From the IMG/VR virus record IMGVR_UViG_2571042690_000022: DNA of 34,937 nt. One strand, 5' to 3'. Source of the DNA: a virus. Taxonomy: Duplodnaviria > Heunggongvirae > Uroviricota > Caudoviricetes. Shown here in pieces: positions 8,696-16,075 of the stretch (positions are counted from its first letter, which is position 1; every line of letters starts with the position of its first letter). Under the pieces are notes generated by a model, which was not told the DNA's origin, did no database searches, and saw nothing but the letters and a program-made list of their open reading frames with translations. The position numbers were made by a program, and so were the translations under genes.

Positions 8696-9052
8696 ATGAG
8701 CAAAGATATAGGAGAGCGCGTTATTTCTGTGAGGAAGAAAGCAGGGTTGAACCAGAGAGAATTTGCAGCTCGTTTAGGTATTTCTAATGGTGGTATCAGT
8801 CAGATTGAAAATGGAAAGGCGATGCCTGGAGGGGAGTTTCTGTTAAAGATGCATCAAGAGTTTAATGTTGATGTAAATTGGTTGCTCACTGGAATGAGCA
8901 CAGATGGTATGACTAGAAACCAGAATCAAATTTCCCCAGAAAAACAAAAACTAATAGATACTTTTGACGACATGACACCAGACCAACAACGCTCATTTCT
9001 TGAGATTGGGCGATTCTATACTCAGCCAAAACCAGGAAAAATCGCAGGCTGA
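8696..9052 (+). CDS. XRE-family HTH repressor (lysogeny repressor candidate)
   Basis: 118 aa; N-terminal HTH (LNQREFAARLGISNGGISQIENGK); divergent from the early operon; gene is markedly AT-rich relative to its neighbours; weak or no SD. Confidence 0.75.
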   Translation: MSKDIGERVISVRKKAGLNQREFAARLGISNGGISQIENGKAMPGGEFLLKMHQEFNVDVNWLLTGMSTDGMTRNQNQISPEKQKLIDTFDDMTPDQQRSFLEIGRFYTQPKPGKIAG

Positions 9053-9137
9053 TACTGACCCGGACACAAAGGACAGGTGGTTGATCTGGATGCTTTCAGA
9101 AAACATCGCCAGTGACATAGTGGAAGTTGTTTGGTTT

Positions 9138-9170
9138 ACCGGAAAGCATTGTGCTTTCCGGTTTTGTTTC
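9138..9170 (+). terminator. rho-independent terminator-like hairpin
   Basis: Stem ACCGGAAAGCA (9138-9148), loop TTG, stem TGCTTTCCGGT (9152-9162), then TTTGTTTC; lies between the convergent repressor and dam 3' ends. Confidence 0.5.
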
Positions 9171-9933
9171 AGAAGTTGCAGATTAGCAGTTCACGGCGCG
9201 GCGTGGGTTTACCCGCCAGACTGTAGTTGATATTCACTGTCTGTATGTTCAGTCCAGTGAACACCTCGCGCATCTGCGGGATGTCGTTCACCGAAATTAT
9301 CATTTTTCCTCTGATGCACCGGGCCAGCTCTGCCAGCCGCGAGTAGTTCCCTTCAGGAAAATCCACACCATAGCCTTCCGTACCCAGGTACGGTGGGTCG
9401 CAGTAGAACAGCGTGTGCGGACGATCATAACGCTCAATGCACTGTTGCCAGTCCATGTGTTCTATGACTGTTCTGGAAAGCCGCAGGTGTGCCGCTGACA
9501 GTTCTTCTTCAATACGTAGCAGGTTGAAGCGTGGCGGGGATGTGGTGGAGGTACCGAAGCTGTGCTCTGCCACCTTGCCGCCAAACGCCTGCTTCTGAAG
9601 GTAGTAGAACCGTGCCGCACGCTGGATATCCGTCAGTGTTTCTTCCGGGGTGATCTGCAGCCATTTGTAGATCTGACGGCTGACCAGCGCCCATTTGAAC
9701 TGGCGGACAAATTCTTCCAGGTGATGCTTTACCACCCGGTACAGATTCACCAGTTCACCGTTGATATCATTGATGACTTCGATCTTGCCGGGTGTCTTAA
9801 GAAAATAGAGCGCTGCTGCCCCACAAAACGGCTCCACATAACATTCATGCGCCGGAAACAGCGGCAGAATGTGTTTTGCAAGGCGGCGTTTGCCACCAAT
9901 CCACGGCACGATGGGTAATGTCTGCATTTTCAT
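9169..9933 (-). CDS. dam: Dam-family DNA N6-adenine methyltransferase (orphan, no cognate endonuclease seen)
   Basis: WIGGK, YVEPFCGAAALYF, INDINGELVNLY and FYCDPPY match E. coli Dam motifs as recalled; start set at ATG 9933 (MKMQTLPIV) rather than the ORF-track start at 10023. Confidence 0.85.
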   Translation of the reverse strand: MKMQTLPIVPWIGGKRRLAKHILPLFPAHECYVEPFCGAAALYFLKTPGKIEVINDINGELVNLYRVVKHHLEEFVRQFKWALVSRQIYKWLQITPEETLTDIQRAARFYYLQKQAFGGKVAEHSFGTSTTSPPRFNLLRIEEELSAAHLRLSRTVIEHMDWQQCIERYDRPHTLFYCDPPYLGTEGYGVDFPEGNYSRLAELARCIRGKMIISVNDIPQMREVFTGLNIQTVNINYSLAGKPTPRRELLICNF

Positions 9934-10038
9934 AATCTGCAAGCCTTTTACAATTATTAAAAAATATGGCAGTCTGGTCAGGTCTCGCGAGACTGACTGA
10001 ACCTTGGTCGGCTCACAGCGCATTCCTGTGGGGCGATG

Positions 10039-10068
10039 ACCAGCCCGGCTTTCGGGTGCCGGGCTGGT
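10039..10068. other. strong hairpin (11-bp GC-rich stem, 8-nt loop) in the dam-upstream intergenic region
   Basis: ACCAGCCCGGC (10039-10049) pairs perfectly with GCCGGGCTGGT (10058-10068); followed on the plus strand by CGTTCTTTC. Confidence 0.4.
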
Positions 10069-10123
10069 CGTTCTTTCATGATGCGGCAGGGATGGCGGGA
10101 TTTCTGTTAATGTGGTTTAGGGA

Positions 10124-10339
10124 TTATCCGGGGCGATTTTCTGACCTTATCCGGTCCAGGGCATAAGTAATACCTTCTGCAAAAACAGAAGTATCAAACT
10201 GCTTTTGTATTCCCTGAAAATGAAAAGCGGCACGACAGACACTCAGTTCTCCGCGGTATAACCGGATAATATCTTCCAGAACATTGTTCACTGCTTCAGC
10301 ACGGCGCTGATGTTCTGTTAACGTTAATCGGGGATTCAT
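10124..10339 (-). CDS. hypothetical small protein (71 aa)
   Basis: ORF with strong AAGGAG RBS 7 nt upstream of ATG 10339; lies in an AT-rich patch; start codon overlaps head-to-head with the 10338 plus-strand ORF. Confidence 0.35.
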   Translation of the reverse strand: MNPRLTLTEHQRRAEAVNNVLEDIIRLYRGELSVCRAAFHFQGIQKQFDTSVFAEGITYALDRIRSENRPG

Positions 10340-10742
10340 GATGCACTCCTTAAATGATGATTTTTATGTACTCACCGGCAAAATATTCTGCCGATTACTG
10401 AACACGCATCCGGCACCTCAGGTTTTGATTTATTCTGGTTTTTTCGATATCCCGGACCAGGTTGATCACGACCAGAAAAAGTGCCGGTGTTTTATTGATA
10501 CGCTGATATGGCTTCGGGATAACAGCTATATTCGTTACTCTCAGTTGCTGGCTGTGGGAGCGGCTGATGTCGTCCTCACGGAAAAAACGCTCTGTCTGCT
10601 CAATGCCATGCCGACCTTTCTGCAGCCCCGGCCCGTACCATTTAAAGAGTCACTTCTGGATGCAGTAAAAACCGGTGAAAATGCAGTCATCGCTGAATGC
10701 GTATCCCGGATTATGCGTTACGTGTTTAATGAACGTAAGTGA
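10338..10742 (+). CDS. hypothetical protein (134 aa)
   Basis: Long ORF in AT-rich DNA where chance ORFs are rarer; GGGGA 4-8 nt upstream of tandem ATGs; fills the only gap lacking a minus-strand ORF; reality uncertain. Confidence 0.35.
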   Translation: MMHSLNDDFYVLTGKIFCRLLNTHPAPQVLIYSGFFDIPDQVDHDQKKCRCFIDTLIWLRDNSYIRYSQLLAVGAADVVLTEKTLCLLNAMPTFLQPRPVPFKESLLDAVKTGENAVIAECVSRIMRYVFNERK

Positions 10743-11446
10743 GGTTTATCCGCTGTCTGCATAATCCCGATAGCCAGTGCGAGGGGAAGTAATTCCGGGG
10801 AAACTCTTTCAAACAGCGATGCCCATTCTCCTCTCGCCATCACTCTGTCCAGCCCGCCCTCCAGTTGCATTTCAGCAATCTTCCTGATTTCCCGGAACAA
10901 CGCCGCTTTGATCTCTTCATGCTCAGCTTTATTTTCCGGTGTCAGAAGGTATTCGTCGAAGAACCGGGGAGGCTGGTTAATCGGGATGTGTTCCTGTTTG
11001 CCGTACTTCGGGGACGAACAACATTCTGTTGACTGACCAGTGAGTTTACGTAACTCCTTCATGAGCAGCTCCTGATCGTAAACTGTCATCAGTGCCGCAA
11101 TGGTGGCATGCAGTGCATCGGGCAGTATCCAGGGTTGCCGGCCCGTGGGGCATATAACATCCAGCAGCTCATTCGTCCGACAGATACGCTCCTCGCCGTA
11201 TGACAACAGGCCCTGTCCCGTGTATTCCTCCAGCCTGATCACTGTGCCAGCCCGTGGTTTCTGCCATGTGCTCAGATCATCCCCACTCATACGGCGCTCA
11301 CCGTCCACGTCTGCGGCGTCGACAATGACGCTGTTTCCGAATTCCTGTTTCACCACTTCCTCTATTCGCGCCAGTACGTAACTTTTACCGCTGCCCACAG
11401 GACCGGACACGGTGACAGTGATGACCGGATTCAGTGTCTGCGTCAT
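10718..11446 (-). CDS. P-loop NTPase/kinase-like protein of unknown function
   Basis: 242 aa; Walker A GPVGSGKS at residues 16-23, then hydrophobic strand plus acidic segment SVIVDAADVDGERR; GAGGAG RBS upstream of ATG 11446; divergent from the late lysis operon. Confidence 0.55.
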   Translation of the reverse strand: MTQTLNPVITVTVSGPVGSGKSYVLARIEEVVKQEFGNSVIVDAADVDGERRMSGDDLSTWQKPRAGTVIRLEEYTGQGLLSYGEERICRTNELLDVICPTGRQPWILPDALHATIAALMTVYDQELLMKELRKLTGQSTECCSSPKYGKQEHIPINQPPRFFDEYLLTPENKAEHEEIKAALFREIRKIAEMQLEGGLDRVMARGEWASLFERVSPELLPLALAIGIMQTADKPHLRSLNT

Positions 11447-11508
11447 ATCGTATTCTCCTCTGTGAATAATTCATCGTTTATCCTGCACATCCCGTATCCC
11501 CGGCTCTC

Positions 11509-11526
11509 TTAACGCGCTTTAAAATC
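11509..11526 (+). promoter_or_regulatory. late-promoter motif copy 1 (TTAACGCGCTTTAAAATC) upstream of lysis genes
   Basis: One of four copies of TTAA-N6-TTAAWATC, each in a late intergenic gap 32-56 nt before a start codon. Confidence 0.45.
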
Positions 11527-11576
11527 CTTCGCGCCCTGTATTTGTGATGCTGTCTCCACCAGATAAGGAGACACAC

Positions 11577-11927
11577 ATGAAAAACCTGAAAAAATTCATT
11601 CCCCCTGTTAAAAAACCTCGCCTCAGCGGCTGGCTGCTGACCTCAGTGCTGTTGCTGGGCACCATCGCTCTGGTCTCACCACAGCAGCTGCCTGTTGTGA
11701 TCTACAAGCTGGCACTCATCACGCTGGCAGCAGTGCTGGGTTACTGGCTTGACCGTTCGCTCTTCCCCAAAGCCCGTCCCGGTCAGTACCTGAAACATGA
11801 CGACAGGCTGATGGCTGAAGGGCGTTTCCCGGTACAGACCGGCCTTCACCTGGTGTTTTCTGCTGCGTTAATCCGCCGTGCACTGATTGTTGCAGCGGTC
11901 TGCCTGGCTGTTGCGATGGGGCTTTAA
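11577..11927 (+). CDS. holin-like membrane protein
   Basis: 116 aa from ATG 11577 with AAGGAG RBS 7 nt upstream; 2-3 predicted TM helices; immediately precedes the endolysin. Confidence 0.5.
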   Translation: MKNLKKFIPPVKKPRLSGWLLTSVLLLGTIALVSPQQLPVVIYKLALITLAAVLGYWLDRSLFPKARPGQYLKHDDRLMAEGRFPVQTGLHLVFSAALIRRALIVAAVCLAVAMGL

Positions 11928-11929
11928 TC

Positions 11930-12670
11930 ATGAACTGGCCGCAGATCACCTGGATTGTATGCATGTCCCTGAAACTGGCTTTCGAAGCCTTTCGGGTCTT
12001 CATCAGAACCGAACGCCTGTCAGTCCGCGCCGGGACCTTTCTGGTTCATATGGCATGGGTATTCTTTGTCGCAATGTTGCTCTGGTGTGGCGGCTTTTTC
12101 AGCCAGGCATGCGCAGCACAACCTCCGCAGGCTGCGCTGCAGTATCGCGATGATGTGATCCGTAATGCCCGGCTTGAATGGGGACTGTCTGCGCCGGTGG
12201 CCGATTTCGCCGCGCAACTGCATCAGGAAAGCGGCTGGCGACCTGATGCGATCTCGCCGGCTGGCGCTCAGGGACTGGCGCAGTTCATGCCTGCCACTGC
12301 CGACTGGATAAGCCAGTTGATACCGATGCTGAGCAGTCGTGAGCCGTTTAATCCGGCATGGGCTATCCGGGCGCTGGTCAGCTATGACCGCTGGCTGTGG
12401 CAGCGTGTCAGCGCCGCCAGTGACTGCGAGCGTATGGCCATGACACTGTCGGGCTATAACGGTGGTCTGGGCTGGGTACAACGGGACAGGCGGCTTGCAT
12501 CACAGAAAGGTCTGGACAGCACCCGCTGGTTCGGACATGTCGCCACGGTGAATGCCGGACGCAATGCGGCCAGCTGGCGGGAGAACCGCCATTATCCGCA
12601 GCGCATCCTGCGCGAACTGGCACCGCGATATCTCACATGGGGAGGCAGCAGTTGTGTGGCATCTGGTTAA
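11930..12670 (+). CDS. endolysin, lytic transglycosylase (SLT domain) with N-terminal hydrophobic segment
   Basis: QLHQESGWRPDAISPAGAQGLAQFMPAT contains the catalytic ES and GxxQ motifs of SLT lytic transglycosylases; N-terminus has hydrophobic stretches (signal or SAR-like). Confidence 0.75.
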   Translation: MNWPQITWIVCMSLKLAFEAFRVFIRTERLSVRAGTFLVHMAWVFFVAMLLWCGGFFSQACAAQPPQAALQYRDDVIRNARLEWGLSAPVADFAAQLHQESGWRPDAISPAGAQGLAQFMPATADWISQLIPMLSSREPFNPAWAIRALVSYDRWLWQRVSAASDCERMAMTLSGYNGGLGWVQRDRRLASQKGLDSTRWFGHVATVNAGRNAASWRENRHYPQRILRELAPRYLTWGGSSCVASG

Positions 12671-13304
12671 AAAGCTGCCGTGGCGCGGCATTCTGCTGGC
12701 CATTCTTATCAATGCCTTTCTGGTCGGCCTGTATGCCATGGGATACAGAAGTGGTCATGACTCTGCAAAGCGTGACGGTGATACCGCGCTAAGTCAGTTG
12801 CAGTCAGCATTTGACGCGTACAAAACGGAGCAGGCAACGCTTGAGAATGCTGCGCTGCGGGCCTGGGCCAGACGGTATCAGGAGCAGGTGGCCGCCGGGC
12901 AGCGGGCTGAAGCCGGTTATCTTGAGCAGATTGCTCAACTGGAGAGCCGGAACAAACAACTACAGGGGCAAATTAACGATGTCACACAGCGCTGGATTGA
13001 TGAAAAAGGTAAGAGTCATCCCATTGAGTGCGTGTTTACTCGCGGTTTCGTGCGCCAGTACAACGCCGCACTCGGATATGACAACGCATCCGTCGACACC
13101 GGTCATTCAGACTCAGTTGCCGCCACTGGCACCCGCTCTGGCACAGCGACCGGGCAACCTGAAACCACTGACACCCGGTTACGCGATTCGGGTGTCTCCC
13201 AGCGTGACGTTCTCGCCAACATCATCGACAACGCATGGCAATGTCGTCGCTGGCGGAACCAGATAAACGCGCTGCTGGATGAACGGGAAGGATTACAGAA
13301 ATGA
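12654..13304 (+). CDS. Rz-like i-spanin
   Basis: GTG start at 12654 with GGGGAGG RBS 8 nt upstream; N-terminal TM (WRGILLAILINAFLVGLYAMGY) then long helical region; contains an embedded +1 frame lipoprotein ORF. Confidence 0.55.
   Translation: MWHLVKKLPWRGILLAILINAFLVGLYAMGYRSGHDSAKRDGDTALSQLQSAFDAYKTEQATLENAALRAWARRYQEQVAAGQRAEAGYLEQIAQLESRNKQLQGQINDVTQRWIDEKGKSHPIECVFTRGFVRQYNAALGYDNASVDTGHSDSVAATGTRSGTATGQPETTDTRLRDSGVSQRDVLANIIDNAWQCRRWRNQINALLDEREGLQK
13000..13266 (+). CDS. Rz1-like o-spanin (outer-membrane lipoprotein) embedded in Rz
   Basis: +1 frame ORF inside Rz: MKKVRVIPLSAC... with lipobox-like LSAC/AVSC and a proline-rich mature part; alternative start at ATG 12979. Confidence 0.5.
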   Translation: MKKVRVIPLSACLLAVSCASTTPHSDMTTHPSTPVIQTQLPPLAPALAQRPGNLKPLTPGYAIRVSPSVTFSPTSSTTHGNVVAGGTR

Positions 13305-13627
13305 CACTGCAGGTTGAATTCTGGACGGTGGTGAGTTTTCTGCTCACCTTCATGAGGTTTGTGGGAGGGCTCGCCAAATGGTTGTTCAGTAAAACAGAAG
13401 AACGCCAGGCGGCACGATTCGCCTCCCTTGAACAGGCCCTGCAACAATCCGCCTCCAACTGGGGCGAGCTGGAAAAAGAATTTATGCGATTTAAAGCGGA
13501 TTTACCGCTGAATTATGTCCGTCGAGAGGATTATATCCGTGGCCAGACAGTCATTGAGGCCAAACTGGACGCGCTTTATAACAAACTGGAAGTGGTACAG
13601 CAGTACCGCAATACCGGAGGTCAATAA
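13301..13627 (+). CDS. small membrane protein of the late operon (Mu gp25-like position)
   Basis: 108 aa with N-terminal TM helix; coupled to flanking genes. Confidence 0.45.
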   Translation: MTLQVEFWTVVSFLLTFMRFVGGLAKWLFSKTEERQAARFASLEQALQQSASNWGELEKEFMRFKADLPLNYVRREDYIRGQTVIEAKLDALYNKLEVVQQYRNTGGQ

Positions 13628-13938
13628 TGGTCGATATTACCCGGGTACGCCGCGAATCCCTGCGCTGGAGTCTGCTGGTTGCCCTGAACAAGACCCGCCC
13701 TTACACCGCCAGCGAGACGCTGCTGCTGGATGTGTCCCGTGCCATCTACCCGGACACCACACCGCTGGAACTGCGCCGCGAACTGGATTATCTGGCTGAC
13801 CGTAAAATGGTTGAGCTGGAGAAAAAACCTTCTGGCGACTGGTTTGCTGACCTGACCCGCCTCGGCGTAGACCTGGTGGAATACACCGTGGAATGTGGTC
13901 CGGGTATTGCCCGCCCGGAAAAGTACTGGAGTGAATAA
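13627..13938 (+). CDS. hypothetical late protein (Mu gp26-like position)
   Basis: 103-aa ORF, start overlapping the previous stop; no motif recognised. Confidence 0.45.
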   Translation: MVDITRVRRESLRWSLLVALNKTRPYTASETLLLDVSRAIYPDTTPLELRRELDYLADRKMVELEKKPSGDWFADLTRLGVDLVEYTVECGPGIARPEKYWSE

Positions 13939-14483
13939 TGGCCAGACGCAGCACAATAGAAAAGCTGCCGGAAGACGTGCGCCGCTGGCTTGAACGGGCG
14001 CTGACTGAATCCGGCTTCAGCGGGTATAACGAGCTGGAGTCACTGTTGCGTGAGCGGGGGTACGTCATCAGCAAATCCGCTATCCATCGCTATGGACAGA
14101 AGATTGAGCGCCGCTATGGTGCTATCCGTGCGGCAACAGAAGCGGCCCGCATGCTGACCGAAGGCGCAGCAGACGATCAGGATGCGCGTTCGGAGGCTGT
14201 GATAGCCCTTATTCAGACCGAGCTGTTCGAGAGTATTGTCCAGTTGCAGGAGGCGGAAGAAGGCGAAGTCGATCCTAAAGAACGCGTGGCCCTGCTGTCG
14301 AAGGTGGCGAAGAATGTGGCTACGCTGTCCCGCGCGTCCGTCAACCTCAAAAAGTTCCAGTCTGAAGTACGGGCCAGAGCGCAGCAGGCAGCCAGCAACG
14401 CCGAGAAAATTGCCCGTAAGGGGGGACTGTCAAGCGACGCAGTACAGGCGCTTCGTCGCGAGATTCTGGGGATTGCCACATGA
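13938..14483 (+). CDS. Mu gp27-like protein (DUF3486), terminase small-subunit candidate
   Basis: 181 aa directly upstream of the large terminase; N-terminal region resembles DUF3486/gp27 of Mu-like phages (recollection). Confidence 0.6.
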   Translation: MARRSTIEKLPEDVRRWLERALTESGFSGYNELESLLRERGYVISKSAIHRYGQKIERRYGAIRAATEAARMLTEGAADDQDARSEAVIALIQTELFESIVQLQEAEEGEVDPKERVALLSKVAKNVATLSRASVNLKKFQSEVRARAQQAASNAEKIARKGGLSSDAVQALRREILGIAT

Positions 14484-16075
14484 CAAAATCATCCGGAGTG
14501 ATTTTAAACGCCGCTGGCGGCGGCCCCGAAGGGATGAGTCCCATGGACGGGAGGAATAACCTTGCTCCCGTTTTGCCTGATACCTCGGCGCTGGATGCCC
14601 CTCCCGTTCTGTTGCCTTACCAGCAGCGCTGGGTGGCAGACACCTCTCCGCTTAAGGTGATAGAAAAGAGCCGTCGTACCGGTATTACATGGGCTGAGGC
14701 ATCCGATAACGTACTGACCGCCGCCTCTTCTGCGCCAGCAGGCGGGATGAATGTGTATTACATCGCTTATAACCAGGACATGACCGTCGAATACATTCAG
14801 GCGTGTGCGATGTGGGCACGGGCATTCAACTATGCGGCCAGTGAAATTGAAGAAGGATTCTGGGAAGAGGACGACGACGACAAACACATCAAGACTTACA
14901 CCATCAAATTTCCTGACTCCGGCTTTCGTATTGTTGCGCTCTCCAGCCGCCCGTCTAACCTGCGTGGCCGTCAGGGTATTATTGTTATCGACGAAGCGGC
15001 GTTCCATGAGCAACTGGACGAACTGCTGAAAGCGGCGCTGGCGATGCTTATCTGGGGGGGAAAGGTACGCGTTATCTCCACCCATGACGGTGACGACAAT
15101 CCGTTCAATACGCTTATCGGGGATATCCGTGCCGGACGTCAGGGAGGCAGCATACATCGCATCACTTTCCGGGAAGCCGTATCTGAGGGGCTGTTCCGGC
15201 GCGTCTGTCTGCGCACCGGGAAGGAATGGTCGGAGGCATCCGAGCAGGCCTGGATGGCATCGGTGTACAAATTCTACGGTGCCGGCGCATCCGAAGAGCT
15301 TGACTGTATTCCGGCCAACGGTGGCGGTGCCTGGCTGTCCCGTGCCCTGATAGAGTCCCGCATGTCCGCTGATACGCCGGTATTGCGTCTGACCTGCAAG
15401 GAAGGTTATGAACTGCTGTCTGATGAGGTTCGCTTCCGCGAGACGCAGGACTGGCTTGATGAGTATCTGAAACCATTGCTGGAGGCACTCCCCACTGATG
15501 CCCGCTCTTTCCTGGGGCGCGACTTTGGCCGTAGCGGTGATTTGTCGGTGGACTATCCCCTGCTGCAGGAGAAGAACCTGGTACGACGCGTGCCATTCGT
15601 ACTGGAGCTGCGTAACGTGCCGTTCAGACAGCAGGAGCAAATCACCTGGTATCTGATGGATGGCCTGCCCGGTCTGCTGGGTGCAGCGTTTGATGCCCGT
15701 GGTAATGGTGCCTATCTGGCTGAATACGCCATGCAGCGCTACGGCTCCGGCCGGGTTCAGCAGGTGATGCCAACCGAAGGCTGGTACCGGGAGCATATGC
15801 CTCCGGTCAAAGCTGCACTGGAAGACGGCAACCTGGTGGACTTACCAAAGGATGAAGACACACTGGATGACCTGCGGGCCGTTCAGGTGGTGAACGGTGT
15901 CCCCCGCGTACCGGAGCAACGCTCAAAAGCAAAGGCTGACGGTGGTAAACGCCACGGGGATTCAGCCATCGCACTGGCGCTGGCGTATTTCGCCAGCCGT
16001 GAAATTAACAAAGGGCCGGTGAAGGCAAGCTCACGCCGTCGTCGTCAGGCGGCCCGTATGCTGGAGGGATTCTGA
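14480..16075 (+). CDS. terminase large subunit (Mu gp28-like)
   Basis: 531 aa; ATPase-like segments (GIIVIDEAAF Walker B-like) and C-terminal acidic nuclease-like region; position before the portal. Confidence 0.85.
   Translation: MTKSSGVILNAAGGGPEGMSPMDGRNNLAPVLPDTSALDAPPVLLPYQQRWVADTSPLKVIEKSRRTGITWAEASDNVLTAASSAPAGGMNVYYIAYNQDMTVEYIQACAMWARAFNYAASEIEEGFWEEDDDDKHIKTYTIKFPDSGFRIVALSSRPSNLRGRQGIIVIDEAAFHEQLDELLKAALAMLIWGGKVRVISTHDGDDNPFNTLIGDIRAGRQGGSIHRITFREAVSEGLFRRVCLRTGKEWSEASEQAWMASVYKFYGAGASEELDCIPANGGGAWLSRALIESRMSADTPVLRLTCKEGYELLSDEVRFRETQDWLDEYLKPLLEALPTDARSFLGRDFGRSGDLSVDYPLLQEKNLVRRVPFVLELRNVPFRQQEQITWYLMDGLPGLLGAAFDARGNGAYLAEYAMQRYGSGRVQQVMPTEGWYREHMPPVKAALEDGNLVDLPKDEDTLDDLRAVQVVNGVPRVPEQRSKAKADGGKRHGDSAIALALAYFASREINKGPVKASSRRRRQAARMLEGF

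Noticed and set aside
9053-9170. Prophage end (Mu-type attL with transposase-binding repeats) just beyond the repressor gene
   Set aside because: In Mu the left end lies immediately past c, but here the adjacent DNA encodes phage-type genes (dam, lysis, structural) and I saw no repeated transposase-binding sites or obvious host genes; the module is more likely internal to one element.
9000-9230. 76-aa plus-strand ORF spanning the repressor 3' end and the terminator
   Set aside because: Overlaps the repressor in another frame, runs through the terminator hairpin and into dam; no RBS.
9966-10166. 66-aa plus-strand ORF in the dam-upstream gap
   Set aside because: No SD sequence, spans the strong hairpin and palindrome, and overlaps the 3' end of the 71-aa minus-strand ORF; more likely non-coding.
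14504-15796. 430-aa minus-strand ORF, and similar long antisense ORFs (1257-2258, 3966-4718, 17435-18040, 20191-20925, 22552-23436, 24063-24638, 29530-30084)
   Set aside because: Each lies antisense to a gene with a clear product and conserved motifs (terminase, transposase/B, portal/F, capsid, sheath, tube, hub); long antisense ORFs are expected in this GC range and none has an RBS or recognisable motif.
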